64,000 nucleotides of DNA, taken from assembly GCA_965235115.1 (NCBI GenBank), contig OZ249450.1, forward strand, positions 15,004,001 to 15,068,000, given 5' to 3'. Made by a program: the position numbers and the translations under genes. Positions within the stretch are counted from its first letter, which is position 1, and each line of letters begins with the position of its first letter. The stretch is from Laetmonice hystrix. Its lineage: Eukaryota. Of this stretch, positions 13,621-26,262 are shown in pieces. A model generated the notes under the pieces. The model worked only from the letters and a program-made list of their open reading frames with translations, ran no database searches and was not told the origin of the DNA.

Positions 13621-14237
13621 ACATACTGATGGCCCTTTTAATATTACCATCCGAATCACACGTCCCCCACACTGTTGGCCCTTTTAATATTACCACCAGA
13701 ATCACGTCCCCCCACACTGACCACCCTTTTAATATTACCACCCGAATCACGCCCCCACACTGACCACCCTTTTAATATTACCACCCGAATCACGCCTCCC
13801 CCCCCCCACACTGACCACCCTTTTAATATTACCACCCGAATCACGTCCCCCACACTGACTACCCTTTTAATATTACCACCCGAATCACGCCTCCCCCACA
13901 CTGACCACCCTTTTAATATTACCACCCGAATCACGCCCCCCACACTGACCACCCTTTTAATATTACCACCCGAATCACGCCCCCACACTGACTACCCTTT
14001 TAATATTACCACCCGAATCACGCCCCCCACACTGACCACCCTTTTAATATTACCACCCGAATCACGCCCCCCACACTGATGGCCCTTTTAATATTACCAC
14101 CCGAATCACGTCCCCCACACTGACCACCCTTTTAATATTACCACCCGAATCACGTCCCCCACACTGACCCCCCTTTTAATATTACCACCCGAATCACGTC
14201 CCCCACACTGACTACCCTTTTAATATTACCACCCGAA
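13621..14237. repeat. Minisatellite, about 44-bp unit, about 14 copies
   Basis: Unit CACACTGACCACCCTTTTAATATTACCACCCGAATCACGTCCCC. Length varies through the C-run. Period of 44 checked at 14103/14147/14191. Confidence 0.96.
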
Positions 14238-14946
14238 TGCGACTAAACTTACATTAAAAAATCTTTGAAACCCACAGTAAACTAGATTAGGCTACTACTA
14301 ATTACCTTAAATATAAGGCAATGAATTAAATTAAACATATAAATTCCAATATTACTATTTAAATAACTGCGCCTCAGGGTGATCAGTTATGTCCCTGATT
14401 GAGATGTCAGTAGAGCCTCGCTGTGACGTGTAAATGACGTCACGTGGGTTATACATGACGACGCCTGGCGGGAGCGAGGGAGGGAGGGTGGGAGAGGTGT
14501 GGGGGTTGGAGCACACCCCGTTCACCCCAGGGATCTTACTACCCCACACGTTGAGAGCATGCTGTGTCTGTGACCGCCATCATCTATCAGCATTCAGTGT
14601 CCCATGGACAACGTCTGCAAGCAGATTTACCTGCTCGTGACTGACGGTCGAGTTTACCCTAGTTGTCGGAGTCGGTCGGGTTATTAACACGCTCTATCTT
14701 CATCATCTTCATGCTCACCCCCACCATGGAGGGGAGGCGGCTGTCCACAGCATCGTTACCCGACATGGGCAAACGTACCCCCTGCTTGGAGCAGCAGGAG
14801 GAACTGCTTCCACGCAGAGATCTTTCATGAAATACTGCTCTGGCTATAGATTCAACAGCTTTATCATGAATCAATGTATTTAACATGTGTCCACCAAGTG
14901 GCCGATCCCTGTCTTCAGAGGTCTGCTGACCCTGCTCCAGCCCTCC

Positions 14947-15443
14947 GGTTACCTGACAAACTATCCGGACACAACTCCCTCAACATTACCTGCACGGTTA
15001 CCTGACAAACTATCCGGACACAACTCCCTCAACATTACCTGCACGGTTACCTGACAAACTATCCGGACACAACTCCCTCAACATTACCTGCACGGTTACC
15101 TGACAAACTATCCGGACACAACTCCCTCAACATTACCTGCACGGTTACCTGACAAACTATCCTGACACAACTCCCTCAACATTACCTGCACGGTTACCTG
15201 ACAAACTATCCGGACACAACTCTCTCAACATTACCTGCACGGTAACCTGACAAACTATATCCTGACACAACTCTCTCAACATTACCTGCACGGTTACCTG
15301 ACAAACTATCCGGACACAACTCCCTCAACATTACCTGCACGGTTACCTGACAAACTATCCGGACACAACTCCCTCAACATTACCTGCACGGCTACCTGAC
15401 AAACTATCCGGACACAACTTCCTCAACATTACCTGCACGGTAA
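14947..15443. repeat. Minisatellite, 49-bp unit, left block (about 10 copies)
   Basis: Unit GGTTACCTGACAAACTATCCGGACACAACTCCCTCAACATTACCTGCAC. Confidence 0.97.
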
Positions 15444-15876
15444 TGTTAACATTTCTCTTGGTAGTTGGGAGAATAACTCAGTAGAGTCGTCGCTTGAGTT
15501 TTGAAGCTTTAATTCCTGAGGTACACGGTTGTCTTCTTCGACCAATATGCACCACGCGGTCAGTATATATATATTCGTTATCTTCGTCAGTCTCTATCTC
15601 TCCTTCTCTGCCTCTGTTCAGCATGTCTCCCCTCCTTTAAGGGGGTTTCCGTCATAGTCTAATGGACGGATACCGATCATTGGCCGGTGACCTACGGCCA
15701 ATTAGCTGGTCGCCCCCTGACTGACTCCTTTGATTGACAGCTACCGCCCTGATGGCTGTCATAGGTATGACGGGCTTGTTCAGTGGTGCATAACGGTCGA
15801 AGCTGAGACAACAATACAGTGCCATACAATGAATGGTATACCACGAGAAAACACACGCTAGGACTACTCTACAACA
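15444..15876 (-). mobile_element. Solo LTR-like insert (433 bp), probably from a Gypsy/BEL-type retrotransposon
   Basis: On the minus strand it starts TGTTGTAG and ends TGTTAACA (TG...CA, TGTT/AACA termini), with ATTAAA about 65 nt from the 3' end (15508-15513). Flanks GGTAA (15439-15443) and GGTTA (15877-15881) are a 4/5 match as a TSD. It interrupts the 49-bp array. Confidence 0.7.
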
Positions 15877-15906
15877 GGTTACATGGATACAAATGATATC
15901 TTATCA

Positions 15907-16233
15907 GTAACCTGACAAACTATCCGGACACAACTTCCTCAACATTACCTGCACGGTTACCTGACAAACTATCCGGACACAACTCCGTCAACAATACCTG
16001 CACGGTTACCTGACAAACTATCCGGACACAACTCCCTCAACATTACCTGCACGGTTACCTGACAAACTATCCGGACACAACTCCCTCAACATTACCTGCA
16101 CGGTTACCTGACAAACTATCCGGACACAACTCCCTCAACATTACCTGCACGGTTACCTGACAAACTATCCGGACACAACTCCCTCAACATTACCCGCACG
16201 GTTACCTGACAAACTATATCATGACACAACTCT
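15907..16233. repeat. Minisatellite, 49-bp unit, right block (about 6.5 copies)
   Basis: Same unit and orientation as 14947-15443. Confidence 0.97.
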
Positions 16234-16271
16234 CAATTCTCAAACCAAAAAACTATCTACTTTAATGCGAC

Positions 16272-17144
16272 TTGTTCCCTGACAACAACCCATGCAATGC
16301 GGCAATCACGATCCTCCTAAAACAACGCTCATACACGTCGTGTATTGGCCACAAGGCACCGACGCTTCTGACATGTAATAAGCTGAATAGAATCCTTCAA
16401 GAGCATATAGGTGGTGAGTTTTATAACAATAATATTCCCGAACCAACAGGGTCTACAATGTTGCCTTCACCGCGGACCGAAAGTCTATCAGTGTTGACTT
16501 TTAAAGTAAAATCTTATTTCATCAAAGCCTTCAATTTATTCATTCAATCGGCAAGCGTTTGCTTATGAATATTCATAACGAAATTGAAAGAGCATCGCCT
16601 CATTTTACAAGCTTATGATGAAACGCTGATACAACACATCAAGTCACGAATCAGTGTCCATAAGAAATCAAGCAGGCGAACAAACCAACAAAGATACCTC
16701 ACAATTCCTGAAACAATAATAAAACACGGGTTCAGACGAGGCAGAACGCAAGAACGTCGCCTTGTGAGAACTTTGTATCGGGGATTCTGTCACGTTTTGG
16801 ACGCCTCTTCTATGACAATGATAGCAAAAAACCACCCCTGGCAACTTGAAATCATCTATGGGCCGTGTTAACAAGCCAAAGCCACATCTGATTGAGACTA
16901 ATCAACAATATTACTCATATCCTGGCAGCACTTATTGGAAATCCTGACAGGAAATGGACGGCCTCAGCCCTTATTATACCCAATAAGTCTTAATTACAAG
17001 ACCTGGGACTGGCTTCTAAAACAAAAGTTGAGCAAGTGCTTCGCCGAAAAGACAATTCTTAGGGTATTTCGTACAATCAAAAACCAACAACAGCAATACT
17101 GTCTTCCGTCTCTGTCGGCTGATAAACTTTCCATATTATATTGA
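16272..17144 (+). pseudogene. Decayed intronless reading frame, unassigned product
   Basis: Track ORFs 16272-16568, 16584-16871 and 16935-17144 are all in one frame, with only 4 internal stops in 291 codons of A/T-rich DNA. Contains HGFRRGRTQERRLVRTL, loosely LINE-RT-like, but the flanking RT motifs are missing. Confidence 0.4.
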
Positions 17145-17595
17145 GTCTCTTTTCATAATATAACTTGGAAGCAAGTTTTTGGTTTCCTCCCAAATAAAAC
17201 CTTGTACCCCAAGGACTCGGAAACTTTCTCAGATTGGATATACGACATATTGACAAAGGCATGCGTGTAATGTCAGTACATGTGCGTGTCGTTTCTATCG
17301 ATATCATTTAAATGAAGAACGTGACACAAGTCAGCCTGTGGTCGAATAGTAACCCAAACGATAATACATATATTTTTTAACGCATGACGTCAAGGCCATT
17401 CCCTGACTTCACATAATAAACCCGGTTATTGGACTTGTAAAACTATCTATCCCATCCGGTCGAGTATCAGTCTTACTTTCCCGGTAAAATGACCCCCTGT
17501 TGACGGAGACAGTCAAGACTTAATTGGAATTCTTCACGACACCTATCTTGACATATACTCTGTTGCATCTAATGGCATGGATAAAGGAGAGAATA

Positions 17596-18141
17596 TTAAT
17601 TAGCACTGCCTAATCGGCCAGCTTCAGCATGGCCCGACCAACAATTTGTCTTGGAAGCCATAGAGTAGGCAACGTTTGATAGTTCACACTGAAAGCTGTC
17701 TGTAATAGGGACTGAATAACAATAGTACAAGACCACATTAAGGAGCAATGAATCGGTAGTTACATCAACGACTAAAATATCCAATAGACAATTACTATAC
17801 CAAGTCATCAATAGCTTAATTAGAACTCAAATGATAAAACTCCGCCAAATAAAAGAGCTAAATCTAATCACGTGGCTATACATGTTGACATCCTCGTCGT
17901 GATCAGTCTCTTTCAGCGCACATAATGCGCATGCGTCGGAGGTCTCCGCCAAATGGCAAGGAGGTGATTCGACGCCCAAGTCACGTGTTGTGGCCGTATC
18001 TGTAAGCTTGGGTGCCCGATGAAGATATCCTGGTAGGAGCGGCTCATAGCTTACAGCGCCGCTCGAGATGTCCGATTTTACCAGGTGTACTGATAATAAC
18101 TCATTTTTACAACTGTCTCTTCCAAGCCGTTGCCATAGCAA
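17596..18141 (-). pseudogene. Decayed reading frame, unassigned product
   Basis: Track ORFs 17827-18141 and 17596-17811 share one minus-strand frame with a single stop between them (182 codons). Confidence 0.3.
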
Positions 18142-18432
18142 TTAGTCCCTTCTGACAGGGTGTTTTGAATATGACGGAAATATCGGATGCCGGTTTGGGT
18201 AGTACATGTAGGCTACAACAATACAAACGTAACTCCTCTGATAGCATTGGTAGGTTGGAGTAGGCGGAAAATTACCCAGTAATTACATTCAACACTTATA
18301 TTATGTCTTTTCATCCTATAAACTATGAACTATAGCAAGTCAAGATCGGCGCTCACCGAACGATTAACTGTTACCTCGCCTTAAGATAGATAATACCGGC
18401 AAATAAATCGTTTCGTTAATTGTTAACGATTC

Positions 18433-19524
18433 TTGATAATTCCCTGTAGGCCTATCTCTTATGTAGAATTAAGAGCTCCGGTGTTTCACTTGGTGATGCC
18501 CGATTTCGATGCTGAGTTGAGAATGAATGTTGGCGCGGTAAGGACGACGGTCCAAATGTCCGATCCCTACCCCATTGTGTACGCGTACAATACGTCAAAC
18601 TGCCGTGTTTATATTACGGGCACATCCATCGAGTTACGTGACATTATAGTGTTCGCCACAACCGTGAATACCGATGACGTGCTTTTCATGCCATCAGATA
18701 CCCAGACCAGGCTGGAAACGCTGCAAACACGCAACGCAAATGCGTTTTGGATTGGCAATGTAACGACGTTCTGCCAGCAGAGGGCTTGTCAATGGCCAAG
18801 TAACGAGGAGTTTGTAGCAGGTCATATGATTCGATCATCTTCAAAGTATCACCCACGTAAAATAAAGGTTTTTGCTACTTACCCCTGCAAAATCAAACCA
18901 AGACTAAGCATCCTGCACGGGCGATCAGCGGGGAGTAACTTTAAATAAAAAAGACTCAGCTCCCTCGGATGTTTCCCATGTACTAAATCTCCGTTTAGAA
19001 GCGCTGTAGGACTGAGGGATATACACCGTGTGGCCCTGACAATTCCACGCATCATTATGAGATAGAGACAGTCCCTGAGTCCGGTCGTATGACCGGCCAT
19101 GGTCGGGGCGGCGGCCACGGCGAACGATGCCAATTACGGCTGACTGTTGCTCCTACCATTGCTCTTGTTGTCTTTCGGTGGCCAAGGGCATGGACCCTGG
19201 ACCACCCACGCCCTGTTCCCATTGCTGGGCACCCAGCACGAGTGTATAGCCAAACACTTGGTGTTCAATACAACCAAACGATTACAGTGGTCCTTTAATG
19301 AGATCTGTGCGGTACAGACGACCTGCGAAATGTGGCTGTCACTGAAAGGACCTGCAGATCTCAGGCTCGTGTTTGCAATCCTATTGCACGATATGACTGC
19401 GCCAGATGAAGTCGAAGTCATTAAAGGTGCATTCGACTTCGGTATAGGTCTAAAGGTGGAGGCGATGGAGAATATATGGGCGACTGTGATGTCACTCTTA
19501 CAACGGCTCATGGACTTCATTTAG
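18433..19524 (+). pseudogene. Decayed intronless reading frame of about 364 codons, unassigned product
   Basis: ORFs 18433-18948 and 19147-19524 are in one frame with 4 internal stops (18946, 19063, 19090, 19141). The translation reads like a natural protein, e.g. MWLSLKGPADLRLVFAILLHDMTAPDEVEVIKGAFDFGIGLKVEAMENIWATVMSLLQRLMDFI. Confidence 0.5.
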
Positions 19525-20604
19525 AGGAACTCACTTACAGAACACCATTCGCATCGATGGGAACGCAGTGTTGTACACCCTGAATACTTACAAACGAATG
19601 CCAACCGTTACAGTTACACTGACGCACAGTTACATTTCAATCTCGTCATACCTCAATCCCACCATTTCTTTCCCTGACAATGGTCCAATCATTGAAAAAG
19701 AAAAACATCATTCCATCTATACCAAATTAAAGAGACATGTTCAGTTTTGTATTCCTTCACCCTGAAGATTGCTCCGTATGCCGACACGGAGTAAAACCAC
19801 CACTACTCACTCACTCACTCATCTTTGTATTCCCCCAAAACGAGAAATGACGCCCTTCTATATAATACAACCATACAGTTGTTTACGTCAAGGAATATAT
19901 AGGAAACACATGCCTCAAGTTTCCAATATTTCTGTGTACAGCCTGAGGCCATCCGCAGATGTTGACCTTTGCTCCATGATCGTAACACTCTGTTGTTTAT
20001 GAAAGCTCCGGGGTGTTATAGAACCTAATCCTGAGCGCCTGTTGATGGCTCATCATGAGTCTGGACAAAACGGCGCGCAGAACAGACACAAATACACTCA
20101 CTATAAGAGAAACTATTTGAACGGCAACTAGAAAGACCAAGGTGAAAGACAACACATGTATAAAAAAAAACCCTCGTGATTCACATCAAAATCAGCCAGG
20201 GTTACGGTCCGAAACAAAATATATCATGATAGTCGTTTTTAACTCCACTGAACCAGTTCCAACGGAAATTGACAGAAATAATGCCATCCAATTAACACTT
20301 TGTGGAAATGAGAGTTATGGGAGCGGGGAAGCCCTCATTAGGCAGCCGAACGAATCATCGCTGGTATTGTGTGGCGCTGCGGCCCTGACCGACGCTAACC
20401 TTGGACTTACCGTCATTAGGCCCGTAATTACTCGGCCTGGACATCATCGGACCCCAACCCCGCCAACCCATTACAAATAAATCCCATCTCTATTCACGGC
20501 TAGTAACATGGACTCGCGTCTACAGTAGCCAATGTCCAGCTACAACATCAGTGTCTACGATATGTGGTTTCTATAATAACATGGACTGGTCATGGAATGG
20601 GTTC

Positions 20605-20685
20605 AAGTCAGGGAATGGCCGTAATGTCACGCGTAAGAAAATATATATTATTGCTCGGATGTGATCAGGTCCAGTCCATAGCGTT
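20605..20685 (+). repeat. About 80-bp dispersed direct repeat, copy 1 (copy 2 at 22680-22761)
   Basis: AAGTCA-GGAAT-GCCGT-A-GTCACGCGTAAGAAAA...GCTCGG-TGTGATCAGGTCCAGTC-ATAGCGTT is shared by both copies, roughly 85% identical by eye. Confidence 0.85.
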
Positions 20686-21687
20686 CCAGAAGGGAAGTAC
20701 CTACGCCCGGACTATTCGGCCACAGGCTGACTTGTACCATGGAATTGACCTGCTTGTGACGTCATATATTCAATCTCTTTTTCTTGGCAGAATTATCGTA
20801 CGGACAACAAGTTTTTGATATAATAGGAAGATTTCGTTCTGTCATTGGTGACATTATATGTCAGAGCGACACAACATATCTAATACATCCGTATTTTTCT
20901 TTTAAACAAATAAGTGTATAAATAAAATGGCATTGTCTGCATATTTTCCTTAAACCTCTCGCAGAAAAACAAACACAAGTCCATTATGGTCTGAACGGCT
21001 TACAGTATCGAGGCAAACGAGACTGCCTATTGCACCGGAGTAGCTGACATTTGAATTTGCGACTTCGTTTTGTTCCGCCTGTCTTTAGTTAAGTGACAAG
21101 GCATTTGAGCGCGGCTTAAATTACAACGGTTTTCATTCCGTACATCGAAATGGACAGCCTGAAGCTAAAGACCAATTTGAAAGTTTGAAAAGTGTTAACT
21201 ACCAGATGTTCAGGCCGTTAAGTAAAGGCTACTCAATGCACATTTAAAATAGGCCAATAATGGCTTATACATCGGTTAACTGATTAATTTATCAATTTAT
21301 TTAGTACATCAGTTAATGATAACGGACATTCATCTAGCTTCCTGTCTTCTCAACGAAAAAGAAGCCAGTCAGTAGGCATTTCACAATACTGAACGAAATT
21401 TGACCAAATCGAAAATCTGCTTGAATCAGTATAAATGCCGACCAGTCCTACAGAATCTACCAACTTCCCTGTCACGATAAATAGCGAATCCCTATACTAT
21501 AGACACTCTCCTATCGAACCCAGCTAATTGTCAACGACTGGAAAATATGCTCTTGTCGGTTTTGTTTAGCTAACAACGCCGATCTGTCTAAAACAGGAAG
21601 TAAAATACTCCAAGTGATGCAGGGTTGGTGAGGAGGACTCGGGCCCTGTGAGACGGCAGCCATCACGACATCTCTCAGGACTCCTGT

Positions 21688-22128
21688 CTATACAACTACC
21701 GCCTCAAACTGTTTCTCCTGTAGACATCTCACTCGAGGTGTCAAACCAATAGGGGGCGCCATGTGCAGAAATAAACACGTGTCGGGATGCTCAGGTAGCC
21801 GGTGCGTCGGCTGGTTGGGCAAGATGATCATCCCAGGTGGCAGGAAGGTGTTTATCAACAAAATAACTTTCACCGTCTTAGGCGCTCCACCTGGTATAGA
21901 TGCCTGCAGTGGTTTGGATGGTGTGGCTACTGTATCGTCACCCCCACTTAGTAAGAGCACACCGGCATTACAGCCACGCGCAATCCTCGTCAACGTCGAG
22001 GTGTCGTTTAGACAGACAAAATTAAGCCGCTCTTTAAAGTCCATCCTCCATTTGTGCACAAATCGCCAGGGGAGAAATAAGTGGGCAGAAACTTTCCGTT
22101 TCTTGTTCACACTTCTCTTCAACAACAC
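21688..22128 (-). pseudogene. Possible degraded APE-endonuclease fragment of a non-LTR retrotransposon
   Basis: The 146-aa minus ORF has weak positional resemblance to L2/CR1-type endonucleases (RGCNAGVLLLS, VILLIN, QFEAVVV). No diagnostic catalytic motif is intact. Confidence 0.2.
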
Positions 22129-22679
22129 CTGATCAAACCAACACCATGTGTTCTTCTCGCTTCACTGACGATCCAACGGTTTTGTGCGCACTTAACAGAT
22201 TGTACCCTGCTTCTTAAGTCTAACGTTCTTTTAAGACTGATTTAAATGAAGCTTACAGGCCCGTTAACAGCCAAACAATCTCGTGCCATTTGCCAAGTGA
22301 AGGATTCCTACGCTGTAAATGTCAAGGCGTCTTACGCTCCTAATGTCGATATTTGGCCACAGACAGGAAGCGGCGAGATATTATTAAGCTCTGCCTTCCT
22401 CAGCCCATCCAGGGTTTGCTGCCTAACCCCGTCAATGACATCCAGATCATTTCTTTAATCGCCCAGCCTCACTTAAGTAGTACGTCAGCCCACGTATCAT
22501 GGGAAATGATATTCTGGAACATGCTGACTCTGACTATCATAGTTAGATGTGAGACTACTTCGACATCACTTCATGGTCATTCAGTTTAACAGGAATCATA
22601 TGAAATGGAATGCTCTTATGTCCACTTTAGAAACCTCTCTAAAATATATGCCGTCATTAGTATACCATCTAAGTGGCGG

Positions 22680-22809
22680 AAGTCACGGAATAGCCGTGAC
22701 GTCACGCGTAAGAAAAAAATATAATATCGCTCGGTTGTGATCAGGTCCAGTCTATAGCGTTATGGACTGTGATCAGGTCCAGTCTATAGCGTTATGGACT
22801 GTGATCAGG
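22680..22809 (+). repeat. Copy 2 of the 80-bp repeat, extended by a 32-bp tandem (2.3 copies)
   Basis: TGTGATCAGGTCCAGTCTATAGCGTTATGGAC starts at 22736 and 22768, with a partial copy at 22800. Confidence 0.9.
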
Positions 22810-23956
22810 CTTACAAATTCAAAGGAACGGCACCTTTTAATTGCTAACACACCAGGGGAAACACATGTACGTAAATACATGAGTTTTCCTTGCAATGTAT
22901 GGCGGCTACCTCGGAAAAAACAACTTGTTTTTTCTTTTAGAGTCGATTCCGACCTTTAGAGTTGCTAATTAGAGATATATAGTGAGGTTCAGCTGGACTG
23001 TCTAGGATACAATACGTGTTCATCCATGAGATCGCCCACCTCGTTTTGCCAACACCCGAAATGCTATGATAATATTTATACGGTGAGCAGTTGAAAACAG
23101 CCGTGTTTCACATGGTAAACATCGGGCCGCCCTGTTGTTTTCGCAGGTGGTTCATTTACATGACAGTAGACCGGTGTGCATCCTGGCCAGAAGTTTTCAA
23201 TATGACGTGAAAAGAAAAGACAATACTGAACTGTGCAGAATCTTTGTTATCATTATTGTACACGAAGAATAAAACAAATCACTAATCAGGGTTTCGGAGG
23301 ACACGAAGTAAATTAATTAAAGCACACAGTACACAACCTTCGACTGACAATTTCTATTCCTTCGTTTTTTATATATTTTTATTACCTTTTAATGAAGCTT
23401 CCCGGAGCAGTGTATACAATATGAAATATGATAAAAAACGAATTTATAATTGGGAGTGTAAGCAAAGTCAATGTATAGCAATCGGTACCTCTAGTATTTA
23501 CTGTGTTATATTACTGACTGTGTTTATACACGTTTCTTTATTCTGATCGAACTAGACGAGGTAAGAATATCTTTTCCTCAAAGTCGGGGCAATTGTTGAG
23601 CGTGTGCATGGGGTCTATTTGTGTGTAGAAATACCGAAAGCGTGTAAAAAAGTAAGAGGACTGGCAGAGACCTATCTCAACCAGCAGATGGGATCGGGAC
23701 CGTTTGTCTGAGAATATTCCTCAAGGCTTTTACCGAGAAAACTGTTGCATCCGGTTCTCAAGATTATACAGGCATTTGCTGATGTACTTGTCGCCTTCAA
23801 GTATAATCCCATAAGCCTGACTATCGTATAAATGTAGCGGAACAGTGAGATTTGAATATATTTAAATATTTCGTGACCTGATTCGGATCTGTGGGAGGAC
23901 TGAGGTGGAAGATCGATCATGATTGATAAGATAACGATATTAATCGGCAACTGTCG

Positions 23957-24022
23957 GTTTCAATAAGTGTTCCACCCGTTTCAATAAGTGCTCCACCCGT
24001 TTCAATAAGTGCTTCATCCGTT
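23957..24022. repeat. 21-bp tandem repeat x3
   Basis: GTTTCAATAAGTG(T/C)TCCACCC repeated three times. Confidence 0.9.
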
Positions 24023-24270
24023 CCATTCACATATTATATAAATGCACGATCTTGACCGATCAAGGATCTTTCAACAGGACAACACTATCTAGAGTTGATG
24101 TCTTAGTATTTATCTCAGCTTCTATCTGTCATAATAAATCTAGTTTTATATTTGCATCTAAGAATATTCATAACCGTACACGTAGAATATATAACACCCC
24201 TTGCTCTGCATAGGTATGTTTCCTGTGAGCCCCCTATAGAACATGACCCAGGATAAAAAACTGATCACTG

Positions 24271-24392
24271 CTGGAGCGGATTCGGGACTTTGAAGTTCCA
24301 CCTATGGGCTTCCACAGGGGGCAGGAGAGAAAAAAAGTGCCTTAAAAGGGGGGGGGGCGGACCGCTTGGGCCCTTCCCTTGATTTGCCTCAG
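24271..24392. mobile_element. Degenerate short element of the (CA)GGGGCGGATCC...GGATCCGCCCC(TG) MITE-like family
   Basis: Ends CTGGAGCGGATTCGGG and CCCTTGATTTGCCTCAG are degenerate versions of the termini at 26263-26407 and 44873-45039. Confidence 0.3.
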
Positions 24393-24992
24393 TAATCGTC
24401 ACAAGGAAATTAAAATACCCGTGTCACTCCATACCCAAACTTCAAACTTATCCAGACAACAGTACAGCCGCTCCCCCGGCTGGTTATCTGCATGGATGTG
24501 GTTGTGCTGAAGGTAAATGTACAGTGCTAATCGGGGGCTCCTGTCTCCTTCATTCCTACCAGCTGACAGGGCGACGGCTGCGTGCACCCCGCAACATCCA
24601 CTGGTAACACGCACTCGTCCACACTGCTTCAAGCATTTCACTGCACCGTTTTTTTTTCATCTCATATCCAGTACTTTAGTTTTTACTCCATCTGCTTCTC
24701 GAAGTCTTTTTCTATGCGCCATAGGAGTATACAGGCAATGAGGTTTTCACTTTGGTATCGCTACTTGATTAGATGAGGCTCCCTCATAGAAGCTCATCTT
24801 TCTTGCAAAACCATATTTATATATCATTTAAGCAAACAGCTTCGGCCTGTAGACGCGCCTCTGCCGGAGGCTTAGCACACTAACGCCGGTACTGAGAGTT
24901 ACATGTGTTTGATGTGTACATGTACGTGTGACCTCTTCCGTACACTATATATCTAGCTCAAACTAAAATCGTCGTATCCTAGAGCTACTTAC

Positions 24993-25132
24993 CATCGCAA
25001 CCTCTGTGGATGAGCAACTTTAGCACGAGTCCCTCCACTTTGTTGTACTTGGTCTCTGGGCACCTCTCGAATGTAAACATTCCGGGCCGGAGCTGCCGCT
25101 GCTCGCCGTTTATACAGGCCTCCTGCGCATGG
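24993..25132 (-). CDS. Candidate internal exon (140 nt) of an unidentified host gene
   Basis: Open frame HAQEACINGEQRQLRPGMFTFERCPETKYNKVEGLVLKLLIHRGCD ending at a perfect G|GTAAGT donor (24992-24987). The acceptor AG (25134-25133) is weak. Confidence 0.3.
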
Positions 25133-26262
25133 CTTTGCAATCACGTGGCCCGAGGTGTCCGGGGGAACGATGCACAACGTTATCGGCCTACCTTGGCGGG
25201 CTCCGAGTCAGAGACAGTTGGGAACTTCCCGTGTTTAACGTTTCTTTACCATTATTGCGATGCTTGCTGATCGAAAAGCTCTCTCAGTTGAAGCCCGCAT
25301 GAAGCAAGCGGGAACTTTCAACTCCTCCAGTTAAGGAAGGAGGCTCCTGCAAGCGCCCAGGTAACTCGGCCAGCGACCTTTCGCTAATAGCCAGGGCAGG
25401 TTAAAACAACGAGTGGGATCAGCGCGGAATGGTTTAGTGGAAATCTCGGAGCGAGAGGCACTAGGACCCTTAATGCCTACAAACTTATGCCCAGTGATCA
25501 ATATAACCAAATTTGTTGGGTTATTTTTACCTTTTTTTCCAGCTGATCTTCCATACCGCGCTCCTATCCCGCCACTCTGCATGATATGACGTCATAAAGC
25601 AAGGACAAGCACTGTGGATTGAAGCCAAAGAGGCATGTTTCACTGTCCATCCCTATGGCAATACATTATCAGCATTACATCTCTCAAAGTTTGGTCTGCC
25701 AAAATGGGCCGTATGTTTCCCATAGGGCATGCTACACGACCAGCCCTGAGTCTATGACGTCTTAATAGCCACCCAATATACCGACCACTAATGAAAACAT
25801 GCAGTTTGTTGGGCCATCACGGCAAAGAGTCAGTCACTCCTCGGGCGAAGCAGTACCTGACTGGTCTGTGTCCATGCCTAAAGCGTATCAAATACGACCA
25901 TTCGTCCTCTCAACCCGCTTCTCGTGGAGTGCATATGAATTCATTCACCGCCAGCACGGGACAGTGTTATGATGATGGTGTATTATTCATAAATGACGGC
26001 AGAAATCAATGGAACATGTACATGCATGTTTGGATTCCTACTGTCTATTGCCAGGACCTTGACGTCACGTGCCTAGATGATCAAAAACACATCATGGCAG
26101 GCATATATATACGCCTTAATTTTGCGCTTCGTCAACAAAAAGGAACGAGAACGAAACACGGAAAGTGAGCAGAATAGGCAATTTGATTGTTGTATCTTAC
26201 AGAGTTATCGTAAATTTGAGCCAGATTCACTATAGTCTTCAAGAAGCCACTTTTTGGGGGGG

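Noticed and set aside
14604-14687. vWA-like peptide MDNVCKQIYLLVTDG
   Set aside because: Only 27 codons, no good donor and no other vWA motifs.
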